A stretch of 59,600 bases of DNA, from NCBI GenBank assembly GCA_014190535.1, contig BJGO01000001.1, positions 1 to 59,600 on the forward strand, read 5' to 3'. The first letter of the stretch is position 1; each line of letters starts with the position of its first letter. Positions 28,074-39,187 of this stretch are shown in pieces. The position numbers were made by a program, and so were the translations under genes. Origin of the DNA: Bacteroidota bacterium (lineage in GTDB: Bacteria > Bacteroidota > Bacteroidia > Chitinophagales > UBA10324). The notes beneath the pieces are model-generated. The model did no database searches. It was not told the origin of the DNA and saw only the letters and a list, made by a program, of their open reading frames with translations.

Positions 28074-29165
28074 ATGCCCTATAAGTCCTTGACAAACAAA
28101 TTTTTGTATCTGTTTATAGCCTTTATGGCCTTTGCATTTTCATCTGTACAGGCCGGACACCCCGAGCATCCTGCACATATGGAGGAAAAGCACGCCGACA
28201 CTCCTAAGACCGATGAAAAATATGATGCCGGCTCTGTAATCATGCATCACATTACAGACAGTCACGAATGGGAGATCTACTCCAAAGGGCATACGCACAT
28301 TAGCCTTCCGCTTCCTGTTATCCTGTATAATATTGAACATGGCTTATCTGTATTTATGTTCAGCGTATTTGAGCACGGACACGCAAATTACAATGGATAT
28401 TATTTGGATAAAAAGCACCATATTCAGTCCCTGGACGGATCCGCTTTTTATGACTTATCCATAACTAAAAACGTACTGGCCATGTTGGTTAGTTCCCTGA
28501 TTCTCTTCTTGCTGTTTCGCTCTGTGGCCAAACGTTATCAGGCAAATCCTCTGCAGGCGCCCAGTGGCATGCAAAATCTTTTTGAGGTGCTGATTATTTT
28601 TGTGCGCGACGAAATAGTGAAACCTATGTTGAAGGAAAACACCTATCGTTTTTTGCCTTATCTGCTCACGGTATTCTTCTTTATATGGATTAACAACCTG
28701 CTGGGTTTACTTCCCTCGGCGGCAAATGTTACCGGCAATATCGCAGTTACGGTAACTCTGGCGCTATTTACATTTTTTATTACGATGTTCAACTCGTCAG
28801 GGCACTATTGGCATCACCTGCTTACAGCTCCCGGTGTTCCTATGGGCGTAAAACCGATCCTGATATTGGTAGAGGTGCTTAGCATTTTTACCAAACCATT
28901 CGCCTTATTGATTCGTCTTTTTGCCAATATGACTGCCGGTCACTTGATTGTGTTAAGCTTTCTTTCACTTATCTTCATTTTTGGCGAAATGAGTGCCATC
29001 GCAGGTTATGGCATTTCATTATTTTCATTGGCATTTTCAGTATTCATTTACTGTCTCGAACTTTTGGTTGCCGTGTTGCAGGCGTATATATTTACCAATC
29101 TCAGCGCCTTATTCATCAGTGAGGTGCTACCACACGACAATCACCACGGCGAGCATGCACATTAA
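28074..29165 (+). CDS. atpB: F0F1 ATP synthase subunit a
   Basis: Polytopic, with the conserved LIRLFANMTAGH segment. It has a His-rich N-terminal extension and a C-terminal HDNHHGEHAH tail. The TTG start at 28041 falls inside the predicted -7 box, so the ATG at 28074 is preferred. Confidence 0.9.
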   Translation: MPYKSLTNKFLYLFIAFMAFAFSSVQAGHPEHPAHMEEKHADTPKTDEKYDAGSVIMHHITDSHEWEIYSKGHTHISLPLPVILYNIEHGLSVFMFSVFEHGHANYNGYYLDKKHHIQSLDGSAFYDLSITKNVLAMLVSSLILFLLFRSVAKRYQANPLQAPSGMQNLFEVLIIFVRDEIVKPMLKENTYRFLPYLLTVFFFIWINNLLGLLPSAANVTGNIAVTVTLALFTFFITMFNSSGHYWHHLLTAPGVPMGVKPILILVEVLSIFTKPFALLIRLFANMTAGHLIVLSFLSLIFIFGEMSAIAGYGISLFSLAFSVFIYCLELLVAVLQAYIFTNLSALFISEVLPHDNHHGEHAH

Positions 29166-29203
29166 TTTAAAAAAAACCATTTTTTAATCATAAACAAACC
29201 ATT

Positions 29204-29458
29204 ATGTTACACGTACTCAGTATTCTGTTCTTAGCCATCGACGGTATGGCGCAAATGGGTGCCGGAATTGGCGCCGGATTGGCGGCCATCGGTGCCGGTG
29301 TTGGTGTGGGTTTAATCGGGTCAAGCGCTGTTGAGGCAATTGCCCGTCAACCCGAAGCCGCCGGAGACATCCGCGCTAACATGATTCTTACTGCCGCTCT
29401 GGTAGAGGGTGTTGCCCTCTTTGGTGTGGTGGTTTGCGTGTTGGTCCTGTTCCTGTAA
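29204..29458 (+). CDS. atpE: F0F1 ATP synthase subunit c
   Basis: 84 aa, two TM helices, an ARQPE loop and a conserved carboxylate in helix 2 (LVEGVA). Confidence 0.9.
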   Translation: MLHVLSILFLAIDGMAQMGAGIGAGLAAIGAGVGVGLIGSSAVEAIARQPEAAGDIRANMILTAALVEGVALFGVVVCVLVLFL

Positions 29459-29477
29459 GAACGAATCAAAATCAATT

Positions 29478-29516
29478 AAATCTGCCCGGCAGCGGTTGGC
29501 TGTCGGCAGATTTTTT
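29478..29516 (+). terminator. Strong intra-operon hairpin plus T-tract between atpE and atpF (attenuator or stabiliser candidate)
   Basis: AAATCTGCC..GCAGC pairs with GCTG..GGCAGATTT (one bulge, one mismatch) and is followed by TTTTTT. Confidence 0.5.
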
Positions 29517-29536
29517 AAAAACTCAAAAACAAAAAA

Positions 29537-30031
29537 ATGGAATTACTAAAACCCGAACTTGGACTCATTTTTTGGACAACCCTTATTATACTGGTTGTTT
29601 ATTTATTGCTTTCAAAATTTGCTTGGAAGCCCATACTGGACGCACTAAAGGCGCGCGAGTCTCATATCGATAACGAGCTTAAAACAGCTGAGCGTGTGCG
29701 CACGGAGATGAGTCAGATGAAAAGTCAGCACGAAGATTTGCTCCGTCAGGCTAAAGAAGAGCGCAGTCAGATTCTGAAGGAAGCTAAAGAAACCAAAGAT
29801 GCTATTGTTAATGAGGCTAAGGATAAAGCGCGTGAAGAAGCGGCCAAACTCTTGGCTGAGGCTAAAAAGGAAATCGACAATTACAAAATGGCGGCATTAA
29901 TAGAGGTGAAAAATGATGTCGGCAATATGGTTGTTGAGTTAAGTCAGAAAATTATTCAGCGCGAGCTCAGCAATAAGGATGAACATCTGAAATATGTTAA
30001 CAGTATGTTGGATAAATCTAAACTGAACTAA
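29537..30031 (+). CDS. atpF: F0F1 ATP synthase subunit b
   Basis: A single N-terminal TM helix followed by a long charged helix. Position is between atpE and atpH. Confidence 0.85.
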   Translation: MELLKPELGLIFWTTLIILVVYLLLSKFAWKPILDALKARESHIDNELKTAERVRTEMSQMKSQHEDLLRQAKEERSQILKEAKETKDAIVNEAKDKAREEAAKLLAEAKKEIDNYKMAALIEVKNDVGNMVVELSQKIIQRELSNKDEHLKYVNSMLDKSKLN

Positions 30032-30034
30032 TTC

Positions 30035-30592
30035 ATGTCCGCTTATCGTTTAGCATCCCGTTATGCCAAATCTTTACTCGACCTTGCCGTTGAAAAAAAT
30101 GCGCTGGATGCAGTATTTAATGACATTACCTATTTTAAGTCTGTCTTAAAAAAGGCTCCCGAGTTTCGTTCCGTTCTTCGCAATCCCGAAATCAATACAA
30201 GCAAAAAGCAACAAATATTTGACAAGCTGTTCGATGCCTTTCACCCCATCAGTAAAGCGTTCTTTGAGATCGTATTGCGCAAGCGTCGTTCAGCGTATCT
30301 GCCCGAGTTTGCCACATCATTCATTGAACTTTACCATGCGTTTAATCACATCACTGCCGTAACCTTAACCACGGCGGTAGAACCCGATGATCAAACGATT
30401 CAACATGTTAAGACTGTACTTCAGCAAAAAGCCGGATTGGACAAAATCGTTCTCGAAAGCAAAGTTGATCCCGCAATTATAGGGGGTTATATCCTGCAAT
30501 TTGCGGATAAGATGATTGACGCCAGTGTAATCAGAAAACTTGAAATTATCGATGACCAGTTCATTAACAACGATTACGTAAAAAAAATCTAA
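30035..30592 (+). CDS. atpH: F0F1 ATP synthase subunit delta (OSCP)
   Basis: 185 aa with the OSCP-like N-terminus RYAKSLLDLA. Position is between atpF and atpA. Confidence 0.85.
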   Translation: MSAYRLASRYAKSLLDLAVEKNALDAVFNDITYFKSVLKKAPEFRSVLRNPEINTSKKQQIFDKLFDAFHPISKAFFEIVLRKRRSAYLPEFATSFIELYHAFNHITAVTLTTAVEPDDQTIQHVKTVLQQKAGLDKIVLESKVDPAIIGGYILQFADKMIDASVIRKLEIIDDQFINNDYVKKI

Positions 30593-30622
30593 TTCAATAA
30601 TCAATAAATAACTCCTCATACA

Positions 30623-32203
30623 ATGGTAGAAGTAAAACCCGATGAAGTTTCTGCGATACTCCGCCAGCAACTTTCAAATTTTAAAAGCGAATCAGAACTT
30701 GAAGAAGTTGGAACCGTGCTACAGGTGGGTGATGGTATTGCTCGTATTTATGGCTTAACACAGGCCCGCTCCGGTGAACTGGTTCAGTTTGAAGATGGTC
30801 TCCGGGCTATCGTTCTGAATATAGAAGAAGATAATATTGGTGCGGTACTGATGGGAAGCAGTTCAAATGTTAAGGAGGGCGATACGGTGCGCCGTACCGG
30901 CAAGATTGCCTCCATAAATGTTGGAGAAAGTATGGTGGGCCGCGTAATCAATACTCTTGGAGAACCTATTGACGGTAAAGGTCCATTAAGCGGTTCCTTG
31001 TATGAAATGCCATTGGAGCGCAAAGCACCGGGTGTTATTTATCGGGAGCCGGTAAAAGAACCGCTACAGACAGGTATAAAGGCTATCGATGCGATGATTC
31101 CGATTGGACGCGGACAGCGTGAGCTGATCATTGGTGATCGCCAAACAGGAAAAACGACCATTGCGCTGGATACAATCATCAATCAAAAAGAATTTTACGA
31201 TAAAGGGCAACCGGTTTTTTGTATTTATGTAGCAACCGGTCAGAAAAATTCTACGGTAGCTAACGTTGTAAAAACACTTGAAGAATATGGTGCTATGGCT
31301 TATACCGTTGTGGTGGCCGCATCGGCATCCGATCCGGCACCGCTTCAGTTCTACGCACCCTTTGCCGGTTGTGCTATAGGCGAATATTTCCGCGACACAG
31401 GTCGTCCTGCGCTGATCGTATATGATGACTTATCAAAACAAGCTGTGGCTTACCGTGAAGTATCACTGTTACTTAAGCGTCCTCCCGGCCGCGAAGCCTA
31501 TCCCGGCGATGTGTTCTATCTGCACAGTCGCTTGTTGGAGCGTGCGGCAAAAATTAATAGCCGTGATGAAATTGCCAAGAAGATGAACGATTTACCGGAT
31601 AGCATCAAAAATCTGGTTAAAGGGGGAGGCTCCTTAACGGCATTACCGATTATCGAAACACAGGCCGGCGACGTATCGGCATATATTCCTACGAATGTTA
31701 TCTCCATCACCGACGGACAGATCTTCCTGGAATCGAATTTGTTTAACTCAGGTGTTCGCCCTGCTATTAACGTTGGTATTTCGGTATCTCGTGTGGGAGG
31801 TAATGCGCAGATTAAGTCGATGAAGAAAGTTGCCGGTACCCTAAAACTCGATCAGGCGCAGTATCGTGAATTGGAGGCATTTGCCAAATTCGGATCAGAT
31901 CTCGATGCCGCAACCAAGTCGGTTATTGATAAGGGGGCGCGTAACGTGGAAATATTAAAACAACCTCAGTTTTCTCCTGTAACGGTTGAAAAACAGATTG
32001 CCATCATCTACCTGGGTACTCAGGGCTTGTTGCAAAATATTCCTGTAAACAGCGTAAAAGAGTTTGAACACGATTATCTAAATGTTTTGGATATCCGCCA
32101 CAAAGATGTGCTTGATAAACTACGTGGTGGTGTTATTGACGACAGCGTAACAGATGTGCTTAAGACCGTGGCCAAGGAAGTTGCAGGCCGTTTCGTAAAA
32201 TAA
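30623..32203 (+). CDS. atpA: F0F1 ATP synthase subunit alpha
   Basis: Walker A GDRQTGKT, and the full-length sequence reads as an alpha subunit. Confidence 0.97.
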   Translation: MVEVKPDEVSAILRQQLSNFKSESELEEVGTVLQVGDGIARIYGLTQARSGELVQFEDGLRAIVLNIEEDNIGAVLMGSSSNVKEGDTVRRTGKIASINVGESMVGRVINTLGEPIDGKGPLSGSLYEMPLERKAPGVIYREPVKEPLQTGIKAIDAMIPIGRGQRELIIGDRQTGKTTIALDTIINQKEFYDKGQPVFCIYVATGQKNSTVANVVKTLEEYGAMAYTVVVAASASDPAPLQFYAPFAGCAIGEYFRDTGRPALIVYDDLSKQAVAYREVSLLLKRPPGREAYPGDVFYLHSRLLERAAKINSRDEIAKKMNDLPDSIKNLVKGGGSLTALPIIETQAGDVSAYIPTNVISITDGQIFLESNLFNSGVRPAINVGISVSRVGGNAQIKSMKKVAGTLKLDQAQYRELEAFAKFGSDLDAATKSVIDKGARNVEILKQPQFSPVTVEKQIAIIYLGTQGLLQNIPVNSVKEFEHDYLNVLDIRHKDVLDKLRGGVIDDSVTDVLKTVAKEVAGRFVK

Positions 32204-32218
32204 AATACAAACAGAACC

Positions 32219-33103
32219 ATGCCGGGCAATCTTAAAGAAGTCAGAAACCGAATTAAATCGGTGGGTAACACACAGCAGATTACTAAAGCGATGAAAATGG
32301 TGAGCGCAGCTAAATTGCGTCGTGCTCAGGATCGCATCATACAAATGCGGCCGTATGCCAACAAACTTCAGGACATGTTATCAAACATCATTGCCGCATC
32401 GGAAGGTGACATGAACATGGCTCTGGCCAAGGAGCGCGAAATAAAAAAAGTGCTGATTGTGGTCATTACCTCTGACCGGGGCTTGTGCGGAGGCTTCAAT
32501 TCCAATCTGATCAAACGAGCCAAGCAACTGATTGCAGAGAAATACAGCATCCAGGAAAAGAATAGCAGCATCAGCATTATGCCTGTTGGAAAAAAAGCTT
32601 ACGATGCATTCAAGCGGAGTAAATATGCCATACAGGAACAGTTTGTCGGCTTGTTTTCTAATCTCACTTTTGATGCCACTACCGTGGTATCGCAATGGAT
32701 GATGAATCAATATGCTGAGGGACAATATGATGCTATTGAACTGGTATATGCGCAATTTAAAAATGCCGCAACTCAAGTATTTACTGCAGAGCAATATCTG
32801 CCCGTTCCCAAACCGGCTCACACCGGTAAAAAGAATAAAACTGATTTTATTTTTGAACCGAATCAGGCGGAGATTGTGAATTATCTGGTACCTAAAATTC
32901 TGAATACCCAATTTTTTAAAGCACTCATTGATTCGAATGCATCCGAGCATGGTGCCCGAATGACTGCAATGGATAAGGCTTCGGACAATGCCAATGAATT
33001 ATTAAAAGAGTTACGCATACAGTATAACCGTCAGCGACAGGCGGCCATTACCACAGAACTCACAGAGATCGTAAGTGGGGCTAATGCACTTGCCGGAGGT
33101 TAG
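32219..33103 (+). CDS. atpG: F0F1 ATP synthase subunit gamma
   Basis: N-terminus LKEVRNRIKSVGNTQQITKAMKMVSAAKLRRAQ and C-terminus ITTELTEIVSGA. Confidence 0.95.
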   Translation: MPGNLKEVRNRIKSVGNTQQITKAMKMVSAAKLRRAQDRIIQMRPYANKLQDMLSNIIAASEGDMNMALAKEREIKKVLIVVITSDRGLCGGFNSNLIKRAKQLIAEKYSIQEKNSSISIMPVGKKAYDAFKRSKYAIQEQFVGLFSNLTFDATTVVSQWMMNQYAEGQYDAIELVYAQFKNAATQVFTAEQYLPVPKPAHTGKKNKTDFIFEPNQAEIVNYLVPKILNTQFFKALIDSNASEHGARMTAMDKASDNANELLKELRIQYNRQRQAAITTELTEIVSGANALAGG

Positions 33104-33137
33104 TTCATTCACCGGACTGCTTACATAAACCAAATTT

Positions 33138-33172
33138 AAGCCCCGATCAACCGGGGCTTTTTTTATTTTTTT
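33138..33172 (+). terminator. Rho-independent terminator ending the atp operon
   Basis: AAGCCCCG pairs with CGGGGCTT around a 6-nt loop and is followed by TTTTTATTTTTTT. Confidence 0.75.
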
Positions 33173-33261
33173 AATGTATTTTCCAATAGTTTAGCAAACA
33201 CTACTTTCCGATTTTTCAATTTACCATTCAGTTACATTATCAAAAAAATTAGTCAACACCT

Positions 33262-36021
33262 ATGAGAAAAAGCATCGCACCCTTGCATATGTCATTATGC
33301 GTTTCATTCCTGCTGATCTGCGCAACGCTGTCAGCACAGAAGGCGCCGGTAGCTATGGAATATCCGGCTCTGGTTTCAAATATAGAGGGCATAAAAGAAT
33401 ACAAGCTGAGCAATGGATTACAGATACTGCTGATACCTGATGCTACACAGAGTAATATGGTGGTGAATATTGTTTACAAAGTGGGCTCGCGCCACGAGGG
33501 CTATGGCGAAACAGGTATGGCGCACTTGCTGGAACATATGTTGTTTAAGAGCACTAAAAACCTCGGCGACATAAAAAAGATGTTAAGCGACAAAGGCGGA
33601 AATGCCAATGGTACCACCTGGTACGACCGAACCAATTACTACGAGATATTCCCATCGAGCGATGATAATTTACGTTGGAGTATTCAAATGGAGGCCGACC
33701 GCATGATTCATGCAACAATACTGCAATCGGATCTGGATAAAGAATTCTCTGTAGTACGTAACGAATTTGAAATCGGCGAAAATGATCCTGCCGGTGTGCT
33801 GACGGAGCGAGTGCTGTCAACCGCCTATCTGTGGCATAACTATGGTAAGAGCACGATAGGCAGTAAAGAAGATATTGAACGGGTTAAGGCTTCACGTTTA
33901 CGATTATTTTATGAAAAATATTATCAGCCGGATAATGCTACACTTATTGTGGCCGGAAAATTTGATGAAGCCAAAGCACTACAATACATCAGTGAATATT
34001 TATCCGTAATACCCAGGCCAACACGGGTGCTCGAACCTACCTACACCCTTGAGCCGGCGCAGGATGGAGAACGTTTTGTTGAATTGCGCAGATCGGGCGA
34101 TATATACAGCATTCAGGCCGCTTACCATACTCCGGCACTTGCCGACCCCGATTATGCGGCGGTAGATGTACTGCTTAATATTCTTGCAACCAATCCGTCG
34201 GGTTATTTATATAAAGCCCTTATTGAAACACAGCTCGCCAGTAGTGTTGATGCCTATACACAAACTTTACATGACCCCGGATTTGCGATGTTTTCTCTTA
34301 CAGTTCCAAAAGATAAAAACCTGGAACAGACGCGTAACAAATTCACAGAGGCCCTGAATGCCATTCCGGGTACTCCATATACCGAGGCAGATGTTAAGCG
34401 CGGCAAAGCCATGAACATGAAACAACTTCAGAATATTACCAATAATACCATTGGCTTTGCAATAACACTGACAGAATTTATTGGGTCCGGTGATTACCGC
34501 TTATGGTTTTTAACACGTGATCGTATGGAACAGGTAAGCTTATCCGACATACAACGGGTGGCCCAAAAATATTTTATACCTAACAACAGAACGTTTGGTG
34601 TATTTATTCCATCAGATAATGAGGTGCGTGTACTACCTGAAGAATATCAGGACCATAGCATTCAGGATGTGCTTAAAGGATATAAAGGACGCGACATGCA
34701 ATCATCGGATGTTACATTTGAAAACACGATTAGCAATATAAAATCCAATCTCACCAGCGGATCGTTTGAAAATGGTTTCCGCTACTCGTTTGTAAAGAAG
34801 CCCTTAAAGGGCGGTAAGGTAACGGCGACATTTCGTTTGCCGGTTTCTGATGAAAAAAGTTTACAAGGGAAATCTGTAACGGCCTCACTTATGGCCGATC
34901 TGCTGAAGGCAGGAACAAAATCAATGACTAAAGAACAAATCAAAGACAAACTCGATGAACTGAAAAGCAGTATCTCATTCTTCTGGTACGGACAAACCTT
35001 AACGATATCGATTAACACATACGAAAAGGAATTATCTGAAGTATTAACTATCCTCAAACAGTGCCTTACCGAATCGGTTTTTCCGGAGAACGAACTAATT
35101 AAAACGAAAACCGAAAGCAAGGCTTATCTCGAGTCGCAGATGAAAGATCCTCAAAGTGTGGCCTATGTTGCCCTCAATAGGGTGTTGAATACCTATCCAT
35201 ACGGCCACATACTGTACAATTACTCCCCAAAGGAGGAAATTGACGAACAGGCTAAAGTAACCCGCCAGCAGATACTTGACTTTTACTCAACATATCTGGG
35301 CGCAAGTAATGGCTATGGAACGATGCTTGGTAATATAGATGCCTCCAAAGCCTCTGCCTTATTAAACAGCGTTTTTGCTTCCTGGAAAAGTCCGAAGGCA
35401 TACACGCGCTTTTTGCCGGCATTCACCTCAAATGCCGGTCATTACGAACGCATCAATACCCCCGACAAGGAAAATGGTGCTTTGTATTGCGGCATTACTA
35501 TTCAAATGAGTAAAATGGATGCGGACTACCCGGCTTTACTAATGGCAAACGAGATGTTAGGCAGTGGCGGATTTCTTACATCCAGGATTCCCATGCGACT
35601 CCGCGAAAAAGAGGGTATCAGCTACGGCGCCGGTTCTTATCTCAGCGTACCGATAGAACATAATTTTAGTGAATGGGGCGCTTACTCGTTTTTTAATCCC
35701 GATGCCGTTAACCGTGTGGATAGTGCCATGCACGAAGAAATTGAGATAGCGCTAAAACAAGGTTTTACTGATGACGAACTGAAGCAATCCATTGTTTCAT
35801 GGAAAAATGAACGCAGAACCAGTCTTGGTTACGATGGTTTCCTGATAAATCTGATTAATGATGCCTTGCGATCAAATGTAGGGATAGAGCAATTTGAAGA
35901 AATCGAAAAAAAGGTAGACAGACTATCTGTAGATGAGGTAAATGCCGCGCTTCGCAAGTATCTGGATGTCTCAAGAATTTGTTATGTCTTTGCAGGCGAC
36001 TTTGAAAAGGTGAAAAAGTAA
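33262..36021 (+). CDS. Exported M16-family (pitrilysin/insulinase-type) zinc peptidase, two-halves fused form
   Basis: Signal peptide and the inverted zinc motif HLLEH (HxxEH). At 919 aa it is consistent with fused active plus inactive M16 halves. Confidence 0.85.
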   Translation: MRKSIAPLHMSLCVSFLLICATLSAQKAPVAMEYPALVSNIEGIKEYKLSNGLQILLIPDATQSNMVVNIVYKVGSRHEGYGETGMAHLLEHMLFKSTKNLGDIKKMLSDKGGNANGTTWYDRTNYYEIFPSSDDNLRWSIQMEADRMIHATILQSDLDKEFSVVRNEFEIGENDPAGVLTERVLSTAYLWHNYGKSTIGSKEDIERVKASRLRLFYEKYYQPDNATLIVAGKFDEAKALQYISEYLSVIPRPTRVLEPTYTLEPAQDGERFVELRRSGDIYSIQAAYHTPALADPDYAAVDVLLNILATNPSGYLYKALIETQLASSVDAYTQTLHDPGFAMFSLTVPKDKNLEQTRNKFTEALNAIPGTPYTEADVKRGKAMNMKQLQNITNNTIGFAITLTEFIGSGDYRLWFLTRDRMEQVSLSDIQRVAQKYFIPNNRTFGVFIPSDNEVRVLPEEYQDHSIQDVLKGYKGRDMQSSDVTFENTISNIKSNLTSGSFENGFRYSFVKKPLKGGKVTATFRLPVSDEKSLQGKSVTASLMADLLKAGTKSMTKEQIKDKLDELKSSISFFWYGQTLTISINTYEKELSEVLTILKQCLTESVFPENELIKTKTESKAYLESQMKDPQSVAYVALNRVLNTYPYGHILYNYSPKEEIDEQAKVTRQQILDFYSTYLGASNGYGTMLGNIDASKASALLNSVFASWKSPKAYTRFLPAFTSNAGHYERINTPDKENGALYCGITIQMSKMDADYPALLMANEMLGSGGFLTSRIPMRLREKEGISYGAGSYLSVPIEHNFSEWGAYSFFNPDAVNRVDSAMHEEIEIALKQGFTDDELKQSIVSWKNERRTSLGYDGFLINLINDALRSNVGIEQFEEIEKKVDRLSVDEVNAALRKYLDVSRICYVFAGDFEKVKK

Positions 36022-36095
36022 GATCGGCATCATGGCTCACGGCCATTTGCGCTAACTTTATGCGCCCTTTTTTGTTAGAGGGCATACTATAACTA

Positions 36096-38972
36096 ATGGC
36101 AGTTCAAAAAAAGAAAGGCGCAAAGCCGGATCGTAAGGACGAAGATGTGTTGCAGGTATTTGGCGCACGGGTTCATAATTTAAAAAATATCGATGTTTCC
36201 ATTCCGCGGAACAAGCTGGTTGTGATTACCGGACTCAGTGGCAGTGGTAAATCCTCTCTGGCTTTCGACACAATATATGCCGAAGGGCAACGCCGGTATA
36301 TGGAAAGTTTCAGCGCCTATGCCCGTCAGTTTATCGGTGATATGGAAAGACCGGATGTGGATCAGATTACCGGCCTTAGTCCCGTGATCTCGATTGAACA
36401 AAAATCAACCGGCAATAATCCCCGAAGCACTGTCGGTACCATTACGGAGATATATGATTTTTTGCGCTTATTGTTTGCCCGCACCGCCGATGCATTTAGC
36501 TACGAGACCGGCAAAGAGATGAAGCGATTCTCTCCCGATCAAATCATGCTTAACATCAGGGAAAACTTTGCCGACCAAAAAATAACCGTATTGGCTCCGC
36601 TTGTGCGTGGTCGAAAAGGACATTACCGCGAATTGTTTGAGGAGGTTAGAAAGAAGGGGTATTTAAAAATACGCATTGATGGTAAGGTGCAGGATTTAAT
36701 CCCCAAGATGCAACTCGACCGCTATAAGGTTCACGACATTGAACTGGTGGTTGATCGTATTGAGTTTGGCACCAAAAGCGAAGATCGTTTGGAAAAGAGT
36801 GTGGCAACAGCCTTAAAACAGGGCAATGGCCTCTTGTTTATTTTAGATGATGAGAATGGGCACATTCGTTATTACTCGCAACATCTAATGGATGCAGAAA
36901 CGGGACTGGCTTACGAGGATCCGTCGCCTAATACCTTTTCATTTAATTCACCCTATGGTTATTGTGCGGCCTGTAAGGGCCTTGGCTATGTTTATGATAT
37001 CGACTTAAAAAATGTGATTCCCGATTATGATAAAAGTCTGAATGAAAAAGCTATTCTGCCTCTCGGTGAGGTACGAGATAACTATATGTTTGACGCGGTA
37101 CGGGACATAGCCCGCCGATATAGATTTACGATGGCTACGCCTGTAAAAGATATTCCATCCGAGGCGCTGAATCTGATATTGTATGGAAATAAAGAAGGCA
37201 TTAAAACATATGGCGAAGAGCCCGATAGCAGTATCGAGCGTCAATTCTATATGAACAGTGATGGGTTTAAGGGTGTATTGCCTATGGTATATCGATTTTA
37301 TCTGGATACTTCATCAGAGGGCGTGAGGCGATGGGCTGAAGAATTTATCAGCACCTTCACGTGCAAAGAGTGCGACGGTAATCGATTGAAGAAAGAAGCG
37401 CTCTCCTACAGGTTGGCCGGGAAAAATATTTCCGAATTAAGCAATATGCAGGTTAATGACCTGAAGATATGGTTTGATCAGGTGGGTGATCAGCTTACCG
37501 ATAAGCAACGAATTATTGCAAATGATGTATTAAAAGAAATTCGAACACGTATTCAATTTTTACTTGATGTAGGACTCGATTACCTCAGTTTAAATAGGCC
37601 CGCCCGAAGTATGAGTGGTGGTGAGGCACAGCGTATTCGCCTGGCCACGCAGATCGGTTCACAGTTAACCGGCATCACCTATATACTGGATGAACCCAGT
37701 ATTGGTTTGCATCAGCGCGATAATCAGCGTTTAATCAAAGCATTAAAAGAATTGCGCGATGTAGGCAATACCGTTATTGTAGTGGAGCACGATAAGGATA
37801 TCATGATGGAGGCTGATTATGTGATTGATCTGGGGCCCGGCGCCGGCGAACACGGAGGGCGTATCGTTGCCGAGGGAATGCCCGATCAATTTATTCAGCA
37901 AACATCACTCACTGCACGATACCTGAACGATGCGATTCAGGTTCCGAAGCCCGATCAACATCGCAAAGGCAACAATAAAGAACTGATTATTTACCATGCC
38001 GGCGGACACAATCTTAAAAATGTAACAGCTCGTTTCCCCTTGGGTACATTGATCCTGGTTACCGGTGTTTCCGGAAGCGGTAAATCATCGTTGATTAATG
38101 AAACCTTGTACCCTGCTCTAAGAGCCCACTTTTACAACAGCCGTCAAAAGCCGCTTCCATATAAAAAACTGGATGGCCTGGAGCATATTGACAAAGTAAT
38201 AGAGATCGATCAGTCGCCCATAGGCAGAACGCCCCGAAGCAACCCGGCAACCTATGTAGGCTTATTTACCGACATCAGGGATTTATTTGCTCAACTGCCC
38301 GAAGCCAAGATACGCGGGTATAAGCCGGGCCGTTTTTCATTTAATGTTAAAGGAGGCCGCTGCGAAGCCTGCCAGGGTGCGGGAATGCGAACTATTGAAA
38401 TGAATTTTTTACCGGACGTCTATGTGCCCTGCGATAAGTGTCAGGGCAAGCGGTATAATCGCGAAACCTTAGATGTTCGATACCGGGGAAAATCTATTTC
38501 TGACGTATTGGACATGACCATAGCCGATGCCGTTGTCTTTTTTGAAAATATGCCTCGTATTTATAAAAAAATTAAAACCATTGATGATGTTGGGTTAGGA
38601 TACATTAAGCTGGGGCAACAGGCTACCACGTTGAGCGGAGGTGAGGCACAGCGCGTTAAACTGGCAACGGAACTCACGAAATCCGATACGGGTAATACCT
38701 TTTATATACTTGATGAACCTACCACCGGACTACATTTCGAGGACATACGTGTACTGATGCAGGTGCTGAATGAACTGGTTAATCGGGGTAATACGGTATT
38801 GATTATTGAACATAATATGGATGTTATTAAGCAGGCCGATCATATCATTGAAATGGGGCCTGATGCAGGTGGTCGAGGCGGACAGATTATTTTTGAAGGC
38901 ACGCCGGAGGCATTATGTAAACACAAGGGCTCCTACACGGCATCGTTCTTAATAAAGGAATTGAAAAACTAA
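36096..38972 (+). CDS. uvrA: Excinuclease ABC subunit A
   Basis: Two ABC modules (GLSGSGKSS and GVSGSGKSS; LSGGEAQR occurs twice) plus zinc-finger Cys clusters. Confidence 0.97.
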   Translation: MAVQKKKGAKPDRKDEDVLQVFGARVHNLKNIDVSIPRNKLVVITGLSGSGKSSLAFDTIYAEGQRRYMESFSAYARQFIGDMERPDVDQITGLSPVISIEQKSTGNNPRSTVGTITEIYDFLRLLFARTADAFSYETGKEMKRFSPDQIMLNIRENFADQKITVLAPLVRGRKGHYRELFEEVRKKGYLKIRIDGKVQDLIPKMQLDRYKVHDIELVVDRIEFGTKSEDRLEKSVATALKQGNGLLFILDDENGHIRYYSQHLMDAETGLAYEDPSPNTFSFNSPYGYCAACKGLGYVYDIDLKNVIPDYDKSLNEKAILPLGEVRDNYMFDAVRDIARRYRFTMATPVKDIPSEALNLILYGNKEGIKTYGEEPDSSIERQFYMNSDGFKGVLPMVYRFYLDTSSEGVRRWAEEFISTFTCKECDGNRLKKEALSYRLAGKNISELSNMQVNDLKIWFDQVGDQLTDKQRIIANDVLKEIRTRIQFLLDVGLDYLSLNRPARSMSGGEAQRIRLATQIGSQLTGITYILDEPSIGLHQRDNQRLIKALKELRDVGNTVIVVEHDKDIMMEADYVIDLGPGAGEHGGRIVAEGMPDQFIQQTSLTARYLNDAIQVPKPDQHRKGNNKELIIYHAGGHNLKNVTARFPLGTLILVTGVSGSGKSSLINETLYPALRAHFYNSRQKPLPYKKLDGLEHIDKVIEIDQSPIGRTPRSNPATYVGLFTDIRDLFAQLPEAKIRGYKPGRFSFNVKGGRCEACQGAGMRTIEMNFLPDVYVPCDKCQGKRYNRETLDVRYRGKSISDVLDMTIADAVVFFENMPRIYKKIKTIDDVGLGYIKLGQQATTLSGGEAQRVKLATELTKSDTGNTFYILDEPTTGLHFEDIRVLMQVLNELVNRGNTVLIIEHNMDVIKQADHIIEMGPDAGGRGGQIIFEGTPEALCKHKGSYTASFLIKELKN

Positions 38973-39187
38973 AGTTTAACACGCAACACAATACTTTATT
39001 TATTTATTAAACTTGATTACAATTATACCCCACATGAATTTTTATGATAATATTTAACCGATTCATTATTGGCACGATATTGATATGTTGGTAATATTGC
39101 GGCCGCGATGGAGATTGAAAACCATCTAAAAAACAAGGCGTTCACCGAAAAGCCAACGAGTAGGTATCTGTTAAAAAAAACAAACAC

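Noticed and set aside
32381-32950. 189-aa ORF antisense to atpG
   Set aside because: It lies entirely inside a confidently identified, conserved gene on the other strand. Its translation is low-complexity with no recognisable motif, so it is probably a stop-free antisense frame.
39070-39085. TGGCACGATATTGATA upstream of the DUF4177-like gene, resembling a sigma-54 -24 box
   Set aside because: The -12 GC dinucleotide is missing (TGAT) and the spacing is off by one.
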